From NCBI GenBank assembly GCA_001179505.1, contig CDMY01000442.1, forward strand, positions 1 through 64,000: a DNA stretch of 64,000 bases. The letters run 5' to 3'. Of this stretch, positions 36,278 to 49,298 are shown in pieces. Under the pieces are notes generated by a model, which had not been told where the DNA came from, did not search any database, and worked only from the letters and a program-made list of their open reading frames with translations. A program made the translations under genes and the position numbers. The stretch comes from Vitrella brassicaformis CCMP3155. Lineage: Eukaryota; Protista; Chromerida. Within the stretch, counting starts at the first letter, position 1, and each line of letters opens with the position of its first letter.

Positions 36278-38631
36278 ATGTCCCTCTCACCAGCAGCCAG
36301 ACGCCTGGCGGTGATCTCCCTGCCAGCTGCACGGCAGCAGGCTGCTGCTGTTGGTGTTGGTATCGGGAGATGCCGCAGTCGCGTCAGCTGGGCTCACGTG
36401 AGGCCTGCACCGCCTGACCCCATTCTGGGGCTGAACGAGGCGTACCTCGCTGACACGGACAAGCGGAAGATCAACTTGAGTGTCGGGGCTTACCGGGACA
36501 ATCAGGGTAGGTGGGTATGCTGAGGGAACAAGCAGGAGAAAGGATTCGTGGAAGTGAAGTGCGTTGCGCTGTGTTGTGTTGTGTTGTGTGGCGTTCGTTG
36601 TGTTTGTTGTGGTGCGGTGTGCGTGTGCAGGTCAGCCATGGGTGCTGCCGAGTGTGCGGCGTGCAGAGGAGCTGCGGCTGCAGAACGAGGACAGGCACCA
36701 CGAATACAACCCGGTCCGGGCCGCAATGCAACAAACATACCAACGAAGGAAGCGAAGCCTGCGAGCAGTCGTCCGTCGCATCGATGTCTGTGTGTGTGTG
36801 TGTGTGTGTGCAGATCACCGGCAAGAATGACTTTGTGAGGAACGCTGTGGCACTGGTGAGTGAGTGAGGCGGAGAAGAGTCAGTACAATCTGCGTGTGGG
36901 GTGCTGTGGTGTGGGTGCTCGGTGCGTGTCTGTCTGTCAGGCGTATGGGGAGGATTTGTGTGCGGCCAGGCACATCGCGGCGGCGCAGAGCCTGTCTGGC
37001 ACGGGGGCGTTGCGTGTGGCAGCGGAGTGGCTGCATCTCTACTTCAAGGGCAACCCCGTCGTCTACCTCCCACAGCCCACATGGTAACAAAGACAAAGAC
37101 AACGACTGTGTGCATGGCAAATGGGCCATCCATCCATCCATCCATCAAATCCACTAGCTTGTGTGTGTTGTGTTATCAATGTTAGGTCGAACCACCCGGC
37201 GATATTTCACAAGGCTGGACTGCAGACGAGGACCTACAGATACTTCGACACCCGCACTAAGGCAGGCACGCAGGCAGGCAGGCAGAAGGAAGACGTGACA
37301 TATATGGCGTGACATGGGCGGCCCTGCGTGACGTTAAGTGCATGCAGGGTTTGGACTTGAAGGGCATGTTGGAGGACCTGGACCACGCAGAGCCCATGAG
37401 CATCGTCCTCCTCCACGCCTGTGCCCACAACCCGGTCAGTCAGCGCCCCAGTGGGGTGCACTGCACTGCACGTCTGTCTGTCTGTGTCTGTCGGTCGACA
37501 TATATATGTGTGTGTGGTGTGTGCTGTGCTGCACTGCAGACAGGTGTGGACCCCAGCCGCGATGAGTGGGGCGAGATCCTGGAGGTCATCAACCACTGGC
37601 AGCACCTGGTGGTCTTTGACATGGCCTATCAAGGCTTCGCTACTGGCTCCGTCGAGAGAGATGCGTGGCCCGTCCGGTGAGGGAGTTAGTGCCGTGAGGG
37701 ACGTGAGGGACAGGGCCGCATTCTCTCTCTGGATACGATACCTCTTCGGGGTGTGTGTGTGTGTGTGTGGACAGTGAGTTTGTCCGAGCGGGTCATCAGG
37801 TCATGCTCGCGCAGTCATTCGCCAAGAACATGGTGTGTGTGTGCGCTGACTGCACTGCCACACCCCTTAGACACACGTCTACACGGACACAAATGTGTGT
37901 GTGTGTGTGCGATTAGGGTCTGTATGGCCAGCGAGTCGGGTGCTTCAGCATGATCTGCCAAAGGTAGGAAGGGAGGTCCACACACACACACCGTTGGCAC
38001 ACACACACACACACACACGAGACCCCTGTATGTTTGTATGGTTGCCTCCCTCCACCCACCATGTATGTGTTGCTTATGTGCATGCAGCGAGGAGGAGCGG
38101 GGTGCGTGTGAGTCTCAGCTCAAGAAGATCATCAGGGCCATGTACAGCAGCCCTCCTGGCTTCGGCAGCGAGATCGCCGGCACCATACTTGCAGACTCAA
38201 ATCTCAAGGCACAGTGGTTCAAGGTACACACACACACACACACGTGCACACACGTCCCACGGATGGCCGGGTGGATGGGCGGGCACAGCACACGTGGGTG
38301 TGGGGGCTGTGCTGTGTGTGGGTGGGGTGCCTCTCTCAACAAACACATACAGGAGTTGGAGGAGATGTCTGGCCGCATCAACAGCATGAGGATGCAGCTC
38401 TACACCCTACTCAAGGACAAACACCACCTCGACTGGCCGCACGTCAAGCAGCAGATCGGCATGTTCGCCTACACCGGTTTGGGAGCGGGGCACTGTCAGA
38501 AGCTGGCCGCCGACTACCACATCTACCTCACACTCGACGGCCGTATCTCGATTGCCGGCCTCAACGACTCCAACATCGAGTACGTCGCTGACAGCTTCGC
38601 CGCCGTTGCAAAAGACAAAGCACTGCACTGA
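36278..38631 (+). CDS. GOT2: Aspartate aminotransferase (fold type I, PLP), mitochondrial type
   Basis: PPDPILGL; KINLSVGAYRD; QSLSGTGALR; LLHACAHNPTGVDP; FDMAYQGFATG; QSFAKNMGLYGQRVG (PLP lysine); QIGMFAYTGL; DGRISIAGL. The Ala/Arg-rich N-terminal extension resembles a presequence. Confidence 0.96.
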
Positions 38632-39402
38632 CGCAGTGCTGCCATGCATGCTGGTCGGTGTGTGTGTGTGTGTGCGGGGGCAAGAGAGAGAGAGGGAGGG
38701 GTGGATGGGCGGCTGCGAATAGCCTGCCTGCCTGCCGTGTTTCCGTCTCATTTTTCTTCTTTCGACTTGCCCTCCATGCATGGAACGAGGGCTGAGTAAT
38801 TGCATGCTTGAGGGGCTGAGTTGCATCACGAGTGCTGTAGGTGCGTGTGGTGTGGTGTGGTGTGGCTTTGCCTGGGCTATGGGTAGCTAGCTACTGCTAC
38901 GTACGACAGACAGGACGAGTGTGCTGTCGATTCCGCGCCCAAATCATGCCTGCCTGCCTGCCTGCCTCATGGACCAACGACTGCATGCTCATGTCTGAGC
39001 GTGAGACACCCATGGAAGCATAGCTGGCCATGGCTGGCCACCCAAACCAAACCACGACGGCCGACCGTGAAGGAAGGGACACACAAGACCTCACATCATC
39101 ACAGCCGGCCGTTGCAGGCTGGCTGGCTCGTCAGTCAGTCAGTCAGTCACGGGAGAGTTAATGGCATCACGATGGATGCGATGCAGCCACTGGACGGAGC
39201 GCACCACATGACGCATAGCATGAGCATCCACACACGCACAAATGCCACACTAGGCTGAACGACTGGCTGACTGGCTGGCTGGCTGGCTCGCACCACGCTC
39301 GTATCGACAACAAGGACGACGGGACGGACGGACGAAAGAGGGAGACACACAAAAACAGCTCGCTCACTCACTCAGTCAGTTGTGTATGTTTGTTATGCAT
39401 GT

Positions 39403-42400
39403 CTATGATGGCTGTAAGACCAGCCCCGCGGCGATGGTCTTGCCCCGATCCCGCAGAATCACACGACTCAACGTGCCCACACCACCAGAGCCTGACACAC
39501 GTGGATTAATTGGATGATTGGATGGATGGGGGAAGGAAGACACAGAGGGGAACCACAGACAGACCCACAGCGATCCAGTCAGTCTATTTAATCTATAGCT
39601 CTCTGTGTGTGAGCATGTGATGTGTGGTGTGTGTGTTTGTGTGTAGTGTACCCTTGCAGTCGAGGCACACAGGTTTTGGGACCGTCAGCCGAACGATGGC
39701 CACCATGCCCTTCACCAGAGCCCTGATGGATGGATGGATGGGACACACGAGAGGATCGATATATGTCTGGCGGACAGGACCCCACAAGGGCCGGGCCGTC
39801 CGTAGCTTAGCTTAGCTTAGCTTACTTTGGTCGTTTGTTTTCCCTCTCTCCAGTCTGTTTGTTGACGATAGCCTCGAGGGCCGCTATGGTCGCACTGTCC
39901 ACCCCCGTGTGCAGGTACATCATCACCTGGTGGACATCACAATATCACACAATCTCACAATCTCTCACACACAAGTCTCTCTGCGCCTCTCTTAGATACG
40001 TGCTGCTTGTCTTGTGTGTGGGGGCTGGCCTGACCTGCTGGCCCTTGACGATTGGGATGTCCAGATCAAACACCAGCAGCTGGGCCGTGAACGATGTCAC
40101 CACCGGCAAGGGGGACGACGGGTCACACAGCACGGACGACACGCTGCACCGCACCCCCACCACACAAGATACCACAAGACCTGCAGGCCGCCCTTTCTTT
40201 GACGTGTCGGCAGTGCGTCTGTCTGTTTGTGCTGTCAGTCAGTCCGCCCACCTGACGAAGTGCGGCTCCACATTGAGAAGGGCCGTGTCGACATAGTCTC
40301 CGCTGCGGCACTCAGGCACTGACGCCCCGCGGCACTCGAGGCCCTTGACGATGGCCGTCTCGTTGGATGGCAGGATGAGCACCTTCTGCCCGTTGCGCAG
40401 CGTCCCACCGTCGACCTTCATCGACACACTCGTCTTGTCACCCGTGCGCCACACGTCACTCACGCACCCCTTGAACGGACCGCCAGACGCACCGGTGCTG
40501 TCGCCGCGACCCTTCGTCTGCAGGCCGTCTGTAAGCACACACACACGGGGGGTGAGGATGCAAGTCTCTCTCGCTCTCTCCATCCACCCAGTGCAGTGAC
40601 GCACGCACCGATGAGGTCGACAAGAGTGGCCCCCTCGCCCCACCATGCCTTCAGCTCTGTGTGGATGGATGCCACAGCCAAGACAAGGATGGCAGTCATG
40701 CCATTCATTGTCTCTCCTAAGACCTCGTTGACAGATAGGGTTACTCACTGACTCCCTCACCAGCGCAGTTGTTGTCGACGATGTTGGTGCCCTCGAAGGC
40801 GCTGAGTGGGAGGTACTGGACGTTGCTGCTCTTGAAGCCAGCCTCGGGGCCGATGATGAAGCCGTGCAGCGGGTCCATCACGCTCCGGTAGCGATCCTCG
40901 GACCAACCCACCTGGGATGGATGGACAGACACACAGGCGTATCTATCGTGCACAGCATACGTGTGGGCGTTGATTGATTGATGAATGACAGCTGTGTTGT
41001 CTTGTCTTGTGTTGTGTTGTGTTGTGCTGCTTACGGCGTCGAGTTTGTTGATGGCGACGATGAGTTGGCCGATGCCGAGCGCCCTCACCAGCTGCAGGTG
41101 CTCCTTCGTCTGGCCACCGCGCTCAAAACCTGCACACGCACCACAACCACACCACACCACACCACCACGTCAACACATGATCCGACCCAAGCAACACATT
41201 TTGGTGCGACCGACACATGTTGTCGCACCCGTTTTGTTAACGTCCGGCTCACCCACCTGCCTCAAACCTGGTCACGTCCACAACCAACAATGCAGCATCT
41301 GCCTGATCGACCGAAGGAAAGAGACAAATGGTTCGGGCGACACACAAAGTGTTTGCGAGACCAAGAGAGGAAGGCATATATGTGCGGACGGACGGACACA
41401 CGCACCATGACGGCTCCCGAGAGCATGTTCGGGACGAAGTCGCGGTGGCCGGGGGCGTCGAGGACGGTCACCACCTTGTGTTTGGTGGCAAAGTGCTTCA
41501 CGCACACGTCAATCGTCACGCCACGCGCTCGCTCATCTTCGCCTGCAACACACATACACACATACACACATACACACATACACACAATAAAGGACAAACC
41601 AAACCCCTCGCTCGCACAGGAAAGCTCCTGTGTATGAGTGTGGGTCTCTGCCTGTGTGATCAATCCATCACCAGCTGACTGACCTTCGTCGAGTACCCAT
41701 GCGAAGGCGAAAGATCCCTTGCCGATCTCCTTGGACTCCTTCTGGTACCTGTGGATCTGCTTGGTCGTCACCGCACCCATCTTGACCAATAAATGACCCA
41801 TCAAAGTTGACTTGCCTAACAGACAGAGAAATCAAGTGGAAACAACCACACACAGTGGTCGAGCAGCCGATGTGCTATCTGCTGCTCCTTCCTTGAGGAC
41901 CCACCCACCGGCATCGACGTGTCCGATGACCACCAGGTTGAGCGGTGCGAGGCTCAGCAGCCTGGCGTCTGCCTCGGGCGGCTTCTCCCCCTCCACCCCT
42001 CCCATGATGCCCTCCTCGGCCGCGCGCACACGCTCCTTCTCGTCAGACCCGCCACGCGACAGGATGCCCTCATCCACTGACATCGATGGCGCCAGTGGCG
42101 GCCGACCACTCCCGGTGCTGCCGTTCTGTTTCGGCTTTGACAGCGGCGGCGCCTTGGCGGGTTCTGACTTGATGGCGGATCCTTTGCGTGAGGCGGGCTG
42201 GGTGGAGGGGGCCGAGGAGGACTGCTTGGCTGGTTTGGGTGGCTTCTTGGGCGCCTGATGTTGGCGAGATGATGACGCTTGTTGTGGTCGGTAGTCATCG
42301 TAACCGTCGTCGTCATAGTCGTCGAAGTACTCGTCATCTGAACGTGCGGAGCAGAGCACACAGTATTCGCGGCCAGATCTATTCTGTCTGTCTGTGCCTG

Positions 42401-42449
42401 TCGTCACCGTACCATCGTAGTCGATGTTTTTGACCCGCCGCCGACTCAT
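39403..42449 (-). CDS. HBS1: HBS1-like translational GTPase (ribosome rescue)
   Basis: N-terminus [19 protein letters not shown]; [15 protein letters not shown]; [13 protein letters not shown]...ERARGVTID; [12 protein letters not shown]; [26 protein letters not shown]; C-terminal [18 protein letters not shown]. Confidence 0.92.
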
Positions 42450-42605
42450 TCTCGTTGTACCACGCGCATTGACGAATCCAGGTGACACAACGAAATCGGC
42501 GCTTTCTGTCTTAGACGACGTTCAGCTGGGGACGTTCGCTAAGTGTCGGCTCACCCATGTCCGTCTTAGCTCGCATGTGAGTTTTGATCGCCACGCATGC
42601 AGCAT

Positions 42606-42619
42606 TTGGAGTTGAGGGC
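42606..42619. promoter_or_regulatory. Candidate promoter motif TTGGAGTTGAGGGC (copy 1, HBS1 divergent promoter)
   Basis: Exact 14-mer shared with 47658-47671; near-identical reverse-complement copy at 56258-56270. Confidence 0.4.
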
Positions 42620-42871
42620 TGTTCAAGCAGCCTTCAACACGTCCCTGTAGCAGCAAAACTGTCCTCGAAGACAGACCAAGCCCCGGAGCCGTTTCAAGTG
42701 GCCCCCACGCACCCCCATCTCTCATCCTGAAGCGCCAGCACTCGTTGCAAACAGGGCGATGGAAGCTGTCATCAAGAAGTGACAGACACCGCTGAGGAGC
42801 GCTACGCCAGAGGGGACCAGGTGCCTCCGAGAGAACGTTCGATTCCAATCTCGAGGAAGGGAGACGCCTCT

Positions 42872-45800
42872 ATGCAGGTAGTGACGCAAAGAGGACAGAC
42901 ATGCCACACGTCACAGTGCAAATTAGGTGACCACTGCCTGCTGTGTTTTGTCTGGTACATGCAGAGTCCCAAGCGGTTCTGGGCCGCTGCCTCCTCTCTC
43001 CCTCCAGCCGGCCGCTCTGGCCTGAGCCTTCCACCAACCACCACGCCCTCGCCCCCCTCCCCTCACACATCGGCCCTCCCACACAGACACCCGCCGCCCT
43101 CCACACAGACCGCGCCCGTCCGACCTCCATCGGTCTCCGCCTTGCCGCCACCATCACTGGCCGCACACAAGCGACAGATCGCCGCCAAGGCAGAGGACGA
43201 CAAGATTGCAGAAAAGGCCCTCTCGACACATCGGAGGCCGCCGCCGAACCCGACACGCCCGATGCACCAGCCTCATCGAGCGGCGGCGCGGTTCGGCGCC
43301 TCGCCCCGGATTGCTGGGAGTGTCTCTGAGAGGGGTGTGCTTGGTGAGCGGCCGGAGGGGAGGAGGGGTGGCGACCAGCCGGATGATAATTTGATAGAGT
43401 TTGAGCAGAAGTTGGCCCAGGTGGTGGACGATTACGAGGGACTGATGTCGCTGCAGCACAACCACCACTCACTCACACTCGCACACAAAGACAAGGTCGG
43501 TCGGCAGATGGACTGACTGCATAGAGAGATAGACAGATAGACAAGCCGTGGGCGGGGCGCATGCATCTGCTGACCAATGAATCAATCATGTGTCTGCAGA
43601 GGGTGGAGTACTTGGAGCAGCGGGCCAAGCGGCTGCAGGCGGAGCTGGAGCAGCTCCGAAGGGGTGGCCAAGGAGGGCCCGCTGCAGCCAACGGGGCTGG
43701 ATCCTTCCATGGTGGCCATGAAGATCTGGCTGAGGCAGAGGTGAGTGAGCAACACTACACACAGCCCAGCCCAGCCAGTGTCTCTGCATCGCTCATGTCT
43801 CTCCACCCTCCGTCCAACCCACCCCACAGGCTGGTCTGATGGAGGAGAGTGTGCAGCTTCTGCTCGAGAGCCGCGACGCAGAGATCGACCTACTCACCCA
43901 GCAGCTGCACACCAAACAAAAGATTCTCGAAGAGCTCAAGAACCTCATTCACGGGACCGCTGCTGCCCAGCTGCATCAACACCAGCCACCGAAGGCCCTC
44001 CCCCCAGCCGCTCCACGCCACCAAGCTGCTCCTGCTCATGCGGCTGCTGGACTTTCTCATGCGTCTGCTGCGGATCAGGTTGAGAGCCTTGTGCAGTCAT
44101 TGCCGGACATGCACGAGGTTGAGCGGCTTCGCAAGGAGGTTGGTGACCTGCGAGACCTCCTGGTTGCCAAGGACCGGCAGCTGGCCGCCGTCACGGCTGT
44201 CGATCCCAACCTGTCCGAGGTCTGCGCCGTCCAGCTGGGTAAGGACATGTGTGTGCTTGTCTGGTCTGGACAGACAGGGCGATTGTTTGGTGTGGTCGTT
44301 CTCTCTGTGGCTCATACATAAATCATTCCAGGTGTGCAGGCCATCAGCATGGTGCAGAACACGATGGAGCTCAAGAACCAGATCAGGACGCTCGAGACGC
44401 GCATTGAGCAGACGGAGTGCTGCCTCAATGAGTGGCGCAACAAGGCCGATCAGCTCGAGGGCGTCTGCGACGCCAAGAGGAGGTCAGTCAGAGAATGAAG
44501 CCGCACTCTGTTTCTCTCTCTGTCTCATGGCCACACCGTGTGTCCGTCTCTGTGTACGTCAGGGAGTTGATAGACATCACGCGCACGCTGGCTGACCGTG
44601 ATCAGGAGCTGGCCTCGCTCTACCAGCTCAAGCAAGACCTGGAGAGGGAGGCAAATTCACAGATACAGTCACTCAAGGACGCTCTCGGTCGGCCAGGCCA
44701 GGCCAGGCCAGGCCACATCACATCACTCACACAGACAAACATACATGCATGACGTGGTCTGCGTGTCTGTCTGTCTGTCTGCAGCTGGTGAGTGTCGTCA
44801 CGTCAAGGAGTTGGAGGCAGCGATGGTCGAGAAGGAGGGACAGCTCAGTGAGCTACGCAACCAAGTCCTACAGAGAGACCAAACCATCACGGAACTTCAG
44901 GCAAGACTACATGACCACAGCAACATATAAACATCCACTCGCACAGACAGACAGACAGACACTCATTGGTGTCATCAGGAGGAGGTTGCTCGCCTCGAGA
45001 TTCGCGAGGCTGAGGCCAACAAGCGGGCAGACAACCTCGAGCACCAACTCATACAAGCCACCAAGAACCTGGAGAAGGTGCGCGCACACGTGGGTTGGCG
45101 TCTACGCTATGTATGTATGGCTCTCTCCCTACCCTCTCTGTCTGTCTGCCTATTGCAGATAAATGAAGAGGCGGCCGACAGCGAGCGTGTGATTGGCGAG
45201 TTGGAGAAGGAGCTCAACGACACCAAAGTCAAACTGCATCATTCAAGAGTCAAGGTACGTCGACCTGTGCACATAATACAAGCGACTGCACTGTTGGCCC
45301 TTGCCTGCCTGCCTGCCTATTTGGCTACCAGGAGCTGGGCCGTCAGAAGCGGCTCGAAATGGAGCTCTCCCAGTTCCAACACCAAACCAAGAAGGCCATC
45401 GACGAGAAGAACACCGAGGTATGGAGTCTGTAAAGGCAGGCCTGAATCCTCTCAATTCCCCCCTCCCTCTCCTTCCCTCTCCTACCCTCTCCCTCCCTCC
45501 CCCAGATCCGTGCGTTGCAGAAGGAGATAACGGCCCGCAGCACCCAGTTGGAGTCCATCCGGTCGTCGATATGTCGCCGCAAGGAAGGCTGCCCCACCCC
45601 GTTCCCCCCGCCACCCCAGTTCCCACTGCGGGGCGACATGGGCGACACAAGCCCCGTTGGGGGGGAGGCATTGGACGTGGCCGGGGAGGGCGGCATGGCG
45701 TCCGCACGGCTGCGGCCGACGGGCAGTGTGGAGGTGCTCATGCCCATGATGCACAAGGAGAGTCGCAGGGGCGGCAGACACATATCGGGGGCAAACCGGG

Positions 45801-46563
45801 TTGGCTGGCCATCAGACGCAGCCCACACACACATGCAACCAACGAATGTCTCCGTCTCTCCCTCTCTCTCTGCGTCTCTGTGTCTCTGCGTCTCTGTGTG
45901 TCATTCTCTGGCATACTGCAGTATGCCAACCGTCTGTCGTACCAGCCTCCCCGTGTGGATGAGAGCGACGGTACGTCGCTGCCGTCCTTCGGCGCCAGGG
46001 GGCGGAGAAACGGTGGGTCGCGGGAGGAGAATGGTGAGGGAGAGGACATCGACAAGCGGGTCAGCGAGTACTTCGACCAGCCCGGACGGCAGGTGAGTGA
46101 GGCGGTGATGACTGACGACACAGGCGACATGGATGGGCACACGTGGATCTATGGACGCAATTGACTGTCGTGTGTCACCCACGCTCATGCAGCATCTGAA
46201 GATCCTCCTGTGCCGCCTCTCTCGCGGCACCTACCTCTACGCCACGCACCGCGTCAAATTCAGGTCAGTCTCCACAAACATCCATCCCTACAGAGACACT
46301 CACCTTGCTCCCTATCTGCATGTGGTGTGTTTCACTGCATGGCATCGTGTTATTTATGTTGTGTCAGAGTCGACCGCTATGGCAGTCTGCAGGGCCGCCA
46401 CCCATCGACGGGCGACTGGCTGCCCATCGACGACTTTGTGGAGCAAATGTGGGAAGCATCAGGCAGCAGCGGCGCCTCGGGGGGCATCGGCTCCGCACCC
46501 ACGTACCAAAGCGCGGCGGCTAGCGACATGATGCGCGGCGAGGAGGGGGGCAGGGAATACTAA
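42872..46563 (+). CDS. Long coiled-coil protein with a C-terminal GAR/GAS2-like domain (putative microtubule binder)
   Basis: Pro-rich N-terminus and extended heptads (EFEQKLAQVVDDYEGL; RDAEIDLLTQQL; ELEKELNDTKVKL). Spliced C-terminus EDIDKRVSEYFDQ..HLKILLCRLSRGTYLYATHRVKFRVDRYGSLQGRHPSTGDWLPIDDFVEQM. The start codon is uncertain. Confidence 0.7.
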
Positions 46564-46975
46564 GTACTAAGGACATCTGACTGGCTGACCGACTTGTCGA
46601 TGGATGGGCGGATTGGATGACGGGTTGGCCGTGTGGCAGGACGAATATGTCTATAATGCAGGCAGAGATGCCCTACTCAAGACAGCAAGGGGCACGTCTC
46701 GTCAGGATCGGGAATCTCATTCATTCAGCACTTATCATCAGACCACGCACCACGGAAGCCATCCATCCAGCCATCCATCCATCCACGCAGTCACTCTCGC
46801 GTTCGTGCGTTCGTTCATTCATTCATTCAAACCACTCAGGCAGGCTACGAATGCATGTGTGTATGTGAGCAGCACGGCAGAAGGCGTCCACACCAGTCAC
46901 TCGCCCACTCACCCCCACACGGCACAGCACGGCACCACCCCCGCCAGCTCCACTGCACCAGCCACGGTGCCTCCC

Positions 46976-47530
46976 TCATCTGGAAAAGGTGAGGAGCTTC
47001 TCCTGGAAGAGGAGCCTGTTCATGCAGGCGTCGCTCTCGCCCTTCTGCCGGACAAAGCCCGCGATGGCGAACGTGTGGTTCTCGCCCTCCTTCTTCACGC
47101 CCTTCTCGTCCACCTGACCACCCCATACAGACGGACAGACAGACAGTGAGAGTCACTTGACGTAACCCTCCCTGTGTGCGGTGCTGACGCACCTTGCAGA
47201 CGTTGATCTGGACGCTGCCGTGCTCCTTGGCGGGGAGGATGCGGTTCGTCGCAGAACTGATGCGCACACAGGCAGACCCGAAATGTCTGTTGGTGCGGCC
47301 GGCCTGTCCTGGTGTCGTCGTCTTACCACTTGCGAGGGATGTACAGATCCACGACCTTTCCTTCGTCGTTCTGAGAGACCCGCCATCCCATACGCAGGCA
47401 AGACAGCAACACGCCACAGGGTGACCCTCTGACTGACTCGACGAGGCGTAGATCAGCCACCCTTGTCCCTGATCTGTGTTCCCTTCCTTCCCTTTCGCTC
47501 TCCCGCCTCCTCTGTCCCTCCTACCTGCAT
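46976..47530 (-). CDS. RPS21: 40S ribosomal protein S21 (eS21), four exons
   Basis: Spliced product MQNDEGKVVDLYIPRKCSATNRILPAKEHGSVQINVCKVDEKGVKKEGENHTFAIAGFVRQKGESDACMNRLLFQEKLLTFSR*. The first coding exon is only ATGCAG. Confidence 0.97.
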
Positions 47531-47657
47531 GACGGAGCTGGGATTTGCTTCGCGACGGGTGCGTAGCTCGGGCGACGAGCAGTTTCACGCAATGTCCTAG
47601 CTCGGGGGTCTGCGAGCCTAGCTCATGAACAAACGCAAAGCGAAGGAGGACATACTC

Positions 47658-47671
47658 TTGGAGTTGAGGGC
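47658..47671. promoter_or_regulatory. Candidate promoter motif TTGGAGTTGAGGGC (copy 2, RPS21 divergent promoter)
   Basis: Exact match to 42606-42619, in the same orientation relative to the minus-strand translation gene. Confidence 0.4.
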
Positions 47672-47749
47672 CAACTCACCCGTGTAGTGAGGGAGCCGTC
47701 GAGTGAGCGCAGTGACGAGTGAGTGCGGCTGCGCAGTTTTGGCACCACC

Positions 47750-49298
47750 ATGGCGTACAGCGGCGGCCAGCCCTACCCGGGTCCGCCTCCAGAATTGGCC
47801 CATGACGGGCTCACCGCCGGCGCAGGACATCCTGGTGGGCAAGACACACGTGTGTTGCACACACGTCTGCCCACCCAAAGAGCAAGTGGATTTGTGGATG
47901 GACATCTGTGTCGTCACGCCGGTGTGGTGTCTGTCATGACAGGCGGTGGTGTCCATCCGAAGCCCGACACGAGCAATCTGACGATGGAGGAGCTCCAGAA
48001 GGTGCAGGACTCAGTCCAGAAGTTCATCCTGGAGAGCAAGTACCAGCCTAAGGGCGACGAGAAAGTGCCCTTTATGAAGGTCGCCAACATCGCCCTCTTC
48101 AGCGGCGTGGCCGGCGGCGTCTTGACCCACCAGCTCCTCAGGCGCACCATGCCCAGCACCACACCGATCGGCTACACCATCCCGAGCGTGCTGACGGGTC
48201 TCTGGGTGGCACAGGTGGCCATGCGGTTCACGCGCAAGTGGACCTTCCAACAGATACTCGAGATGGACAGCCCCCTAGGCCAGCGGGCCAGGCAGGCACT
48301 CCTCGAAGCCCGCACTGGCGTCCCACACGGACCGCCACAGCAGGCAATGTCAGTCAATATTCATTGACACGCACACGCACGCGCACATCCCTAAGTTGAC
48401 TGACTGACACGTCGGTTCGGTACTCTTCTCCCTCACCGTTATTTCCTCGTCTGTCTGTCTGTCTGTCTGATGTGCATGTCATGTGTTGTGTCTGTCTGTC
48501 AGTGGTTATGGCCAGCCCGACTACGCCCCTCCCGATGCCCCCGTGGGCCACCCCGGGCGGGTGATGCTGCCCTACTACACGGACGGCAGCCCCCGGTGGA
48601 CACCGCCACCCAGTGACCCCAGCGCACAGCCACGGGGGACGTGGTCAGGTGCCCCGCGAGGCGCCTCAGTACCCATGTGGCCGACAGAAGGGGTGCCGCA
48701 CCGCCAGGCAGTGCATCCCGACAGTGGCTGGGGGGCCGAGGGCAGTGGCGGACAGGAGGGGCCTTCGCCATGGGCCGACACTCAGGGGTGAGTGAGTGGG
48801 TGGGTGGGTGGGCAAACGTACCTTACCAGCACAGATGAAGTGCGTGCTTGTGTTTGTCTTGGTGGCTGCATGACGCAGGAGCCCGTGGGGCGATGCGGGT
48901 GCTGGTGCTGGTGGCGGTGGTGCGCCCGGTGGTGCAGGTGGTGGTGCTGGTGGCTACCGGAGTTGGCGTGACCTGCAGCAGCAGCAGCAGCAGCAGGCGG
49001 CGTCCCCCCAGCAGCCCCCCGGTGGCACACCGATGGACAGCGGGTGGGGCCAGCCGCCCAGCGACTTCGGCGGGGGAGGCCAGGAGGGAGAGGGCGGATT
49101 CGGTGCGCACAGACACCAACACGGAACCCAGAGGTGTCCATCCACCAACCTCACTCATCCAGGAATCTCTCTCTCTCTCTCTCTGTGTGTGTCATGTGTG
49201 CAGGTGGTGAGAGTTCAGTGCCTCCGTCGATGCGCCGGCCCGGCTACCGCACGTGGGATGACATCCGATCGCAGCAGAGGCCACCACCGCAGCACTGA
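47750..49298 (+). CDS. Two-TM membrane protein with Pro/Gly-rich tail (weak OCIA-like architecture)
   Basis: Two Gly-rich hydrophobic helices (VANIALFSGVAGGVLTHQLL; IGYTIPSVLTGLWVAQVAM), then DSPLGQRAR, low-complexity exons and a terminal RTWDDIRSQQ motif. Confidence 0.6.

Noticed and set aside
47371-47524. Intronic snoRNA in the first RPS21 intron
   Set aside because: No C box (RTGATGA) paired with a terminal D box, and no H/ACA architecture is evident.
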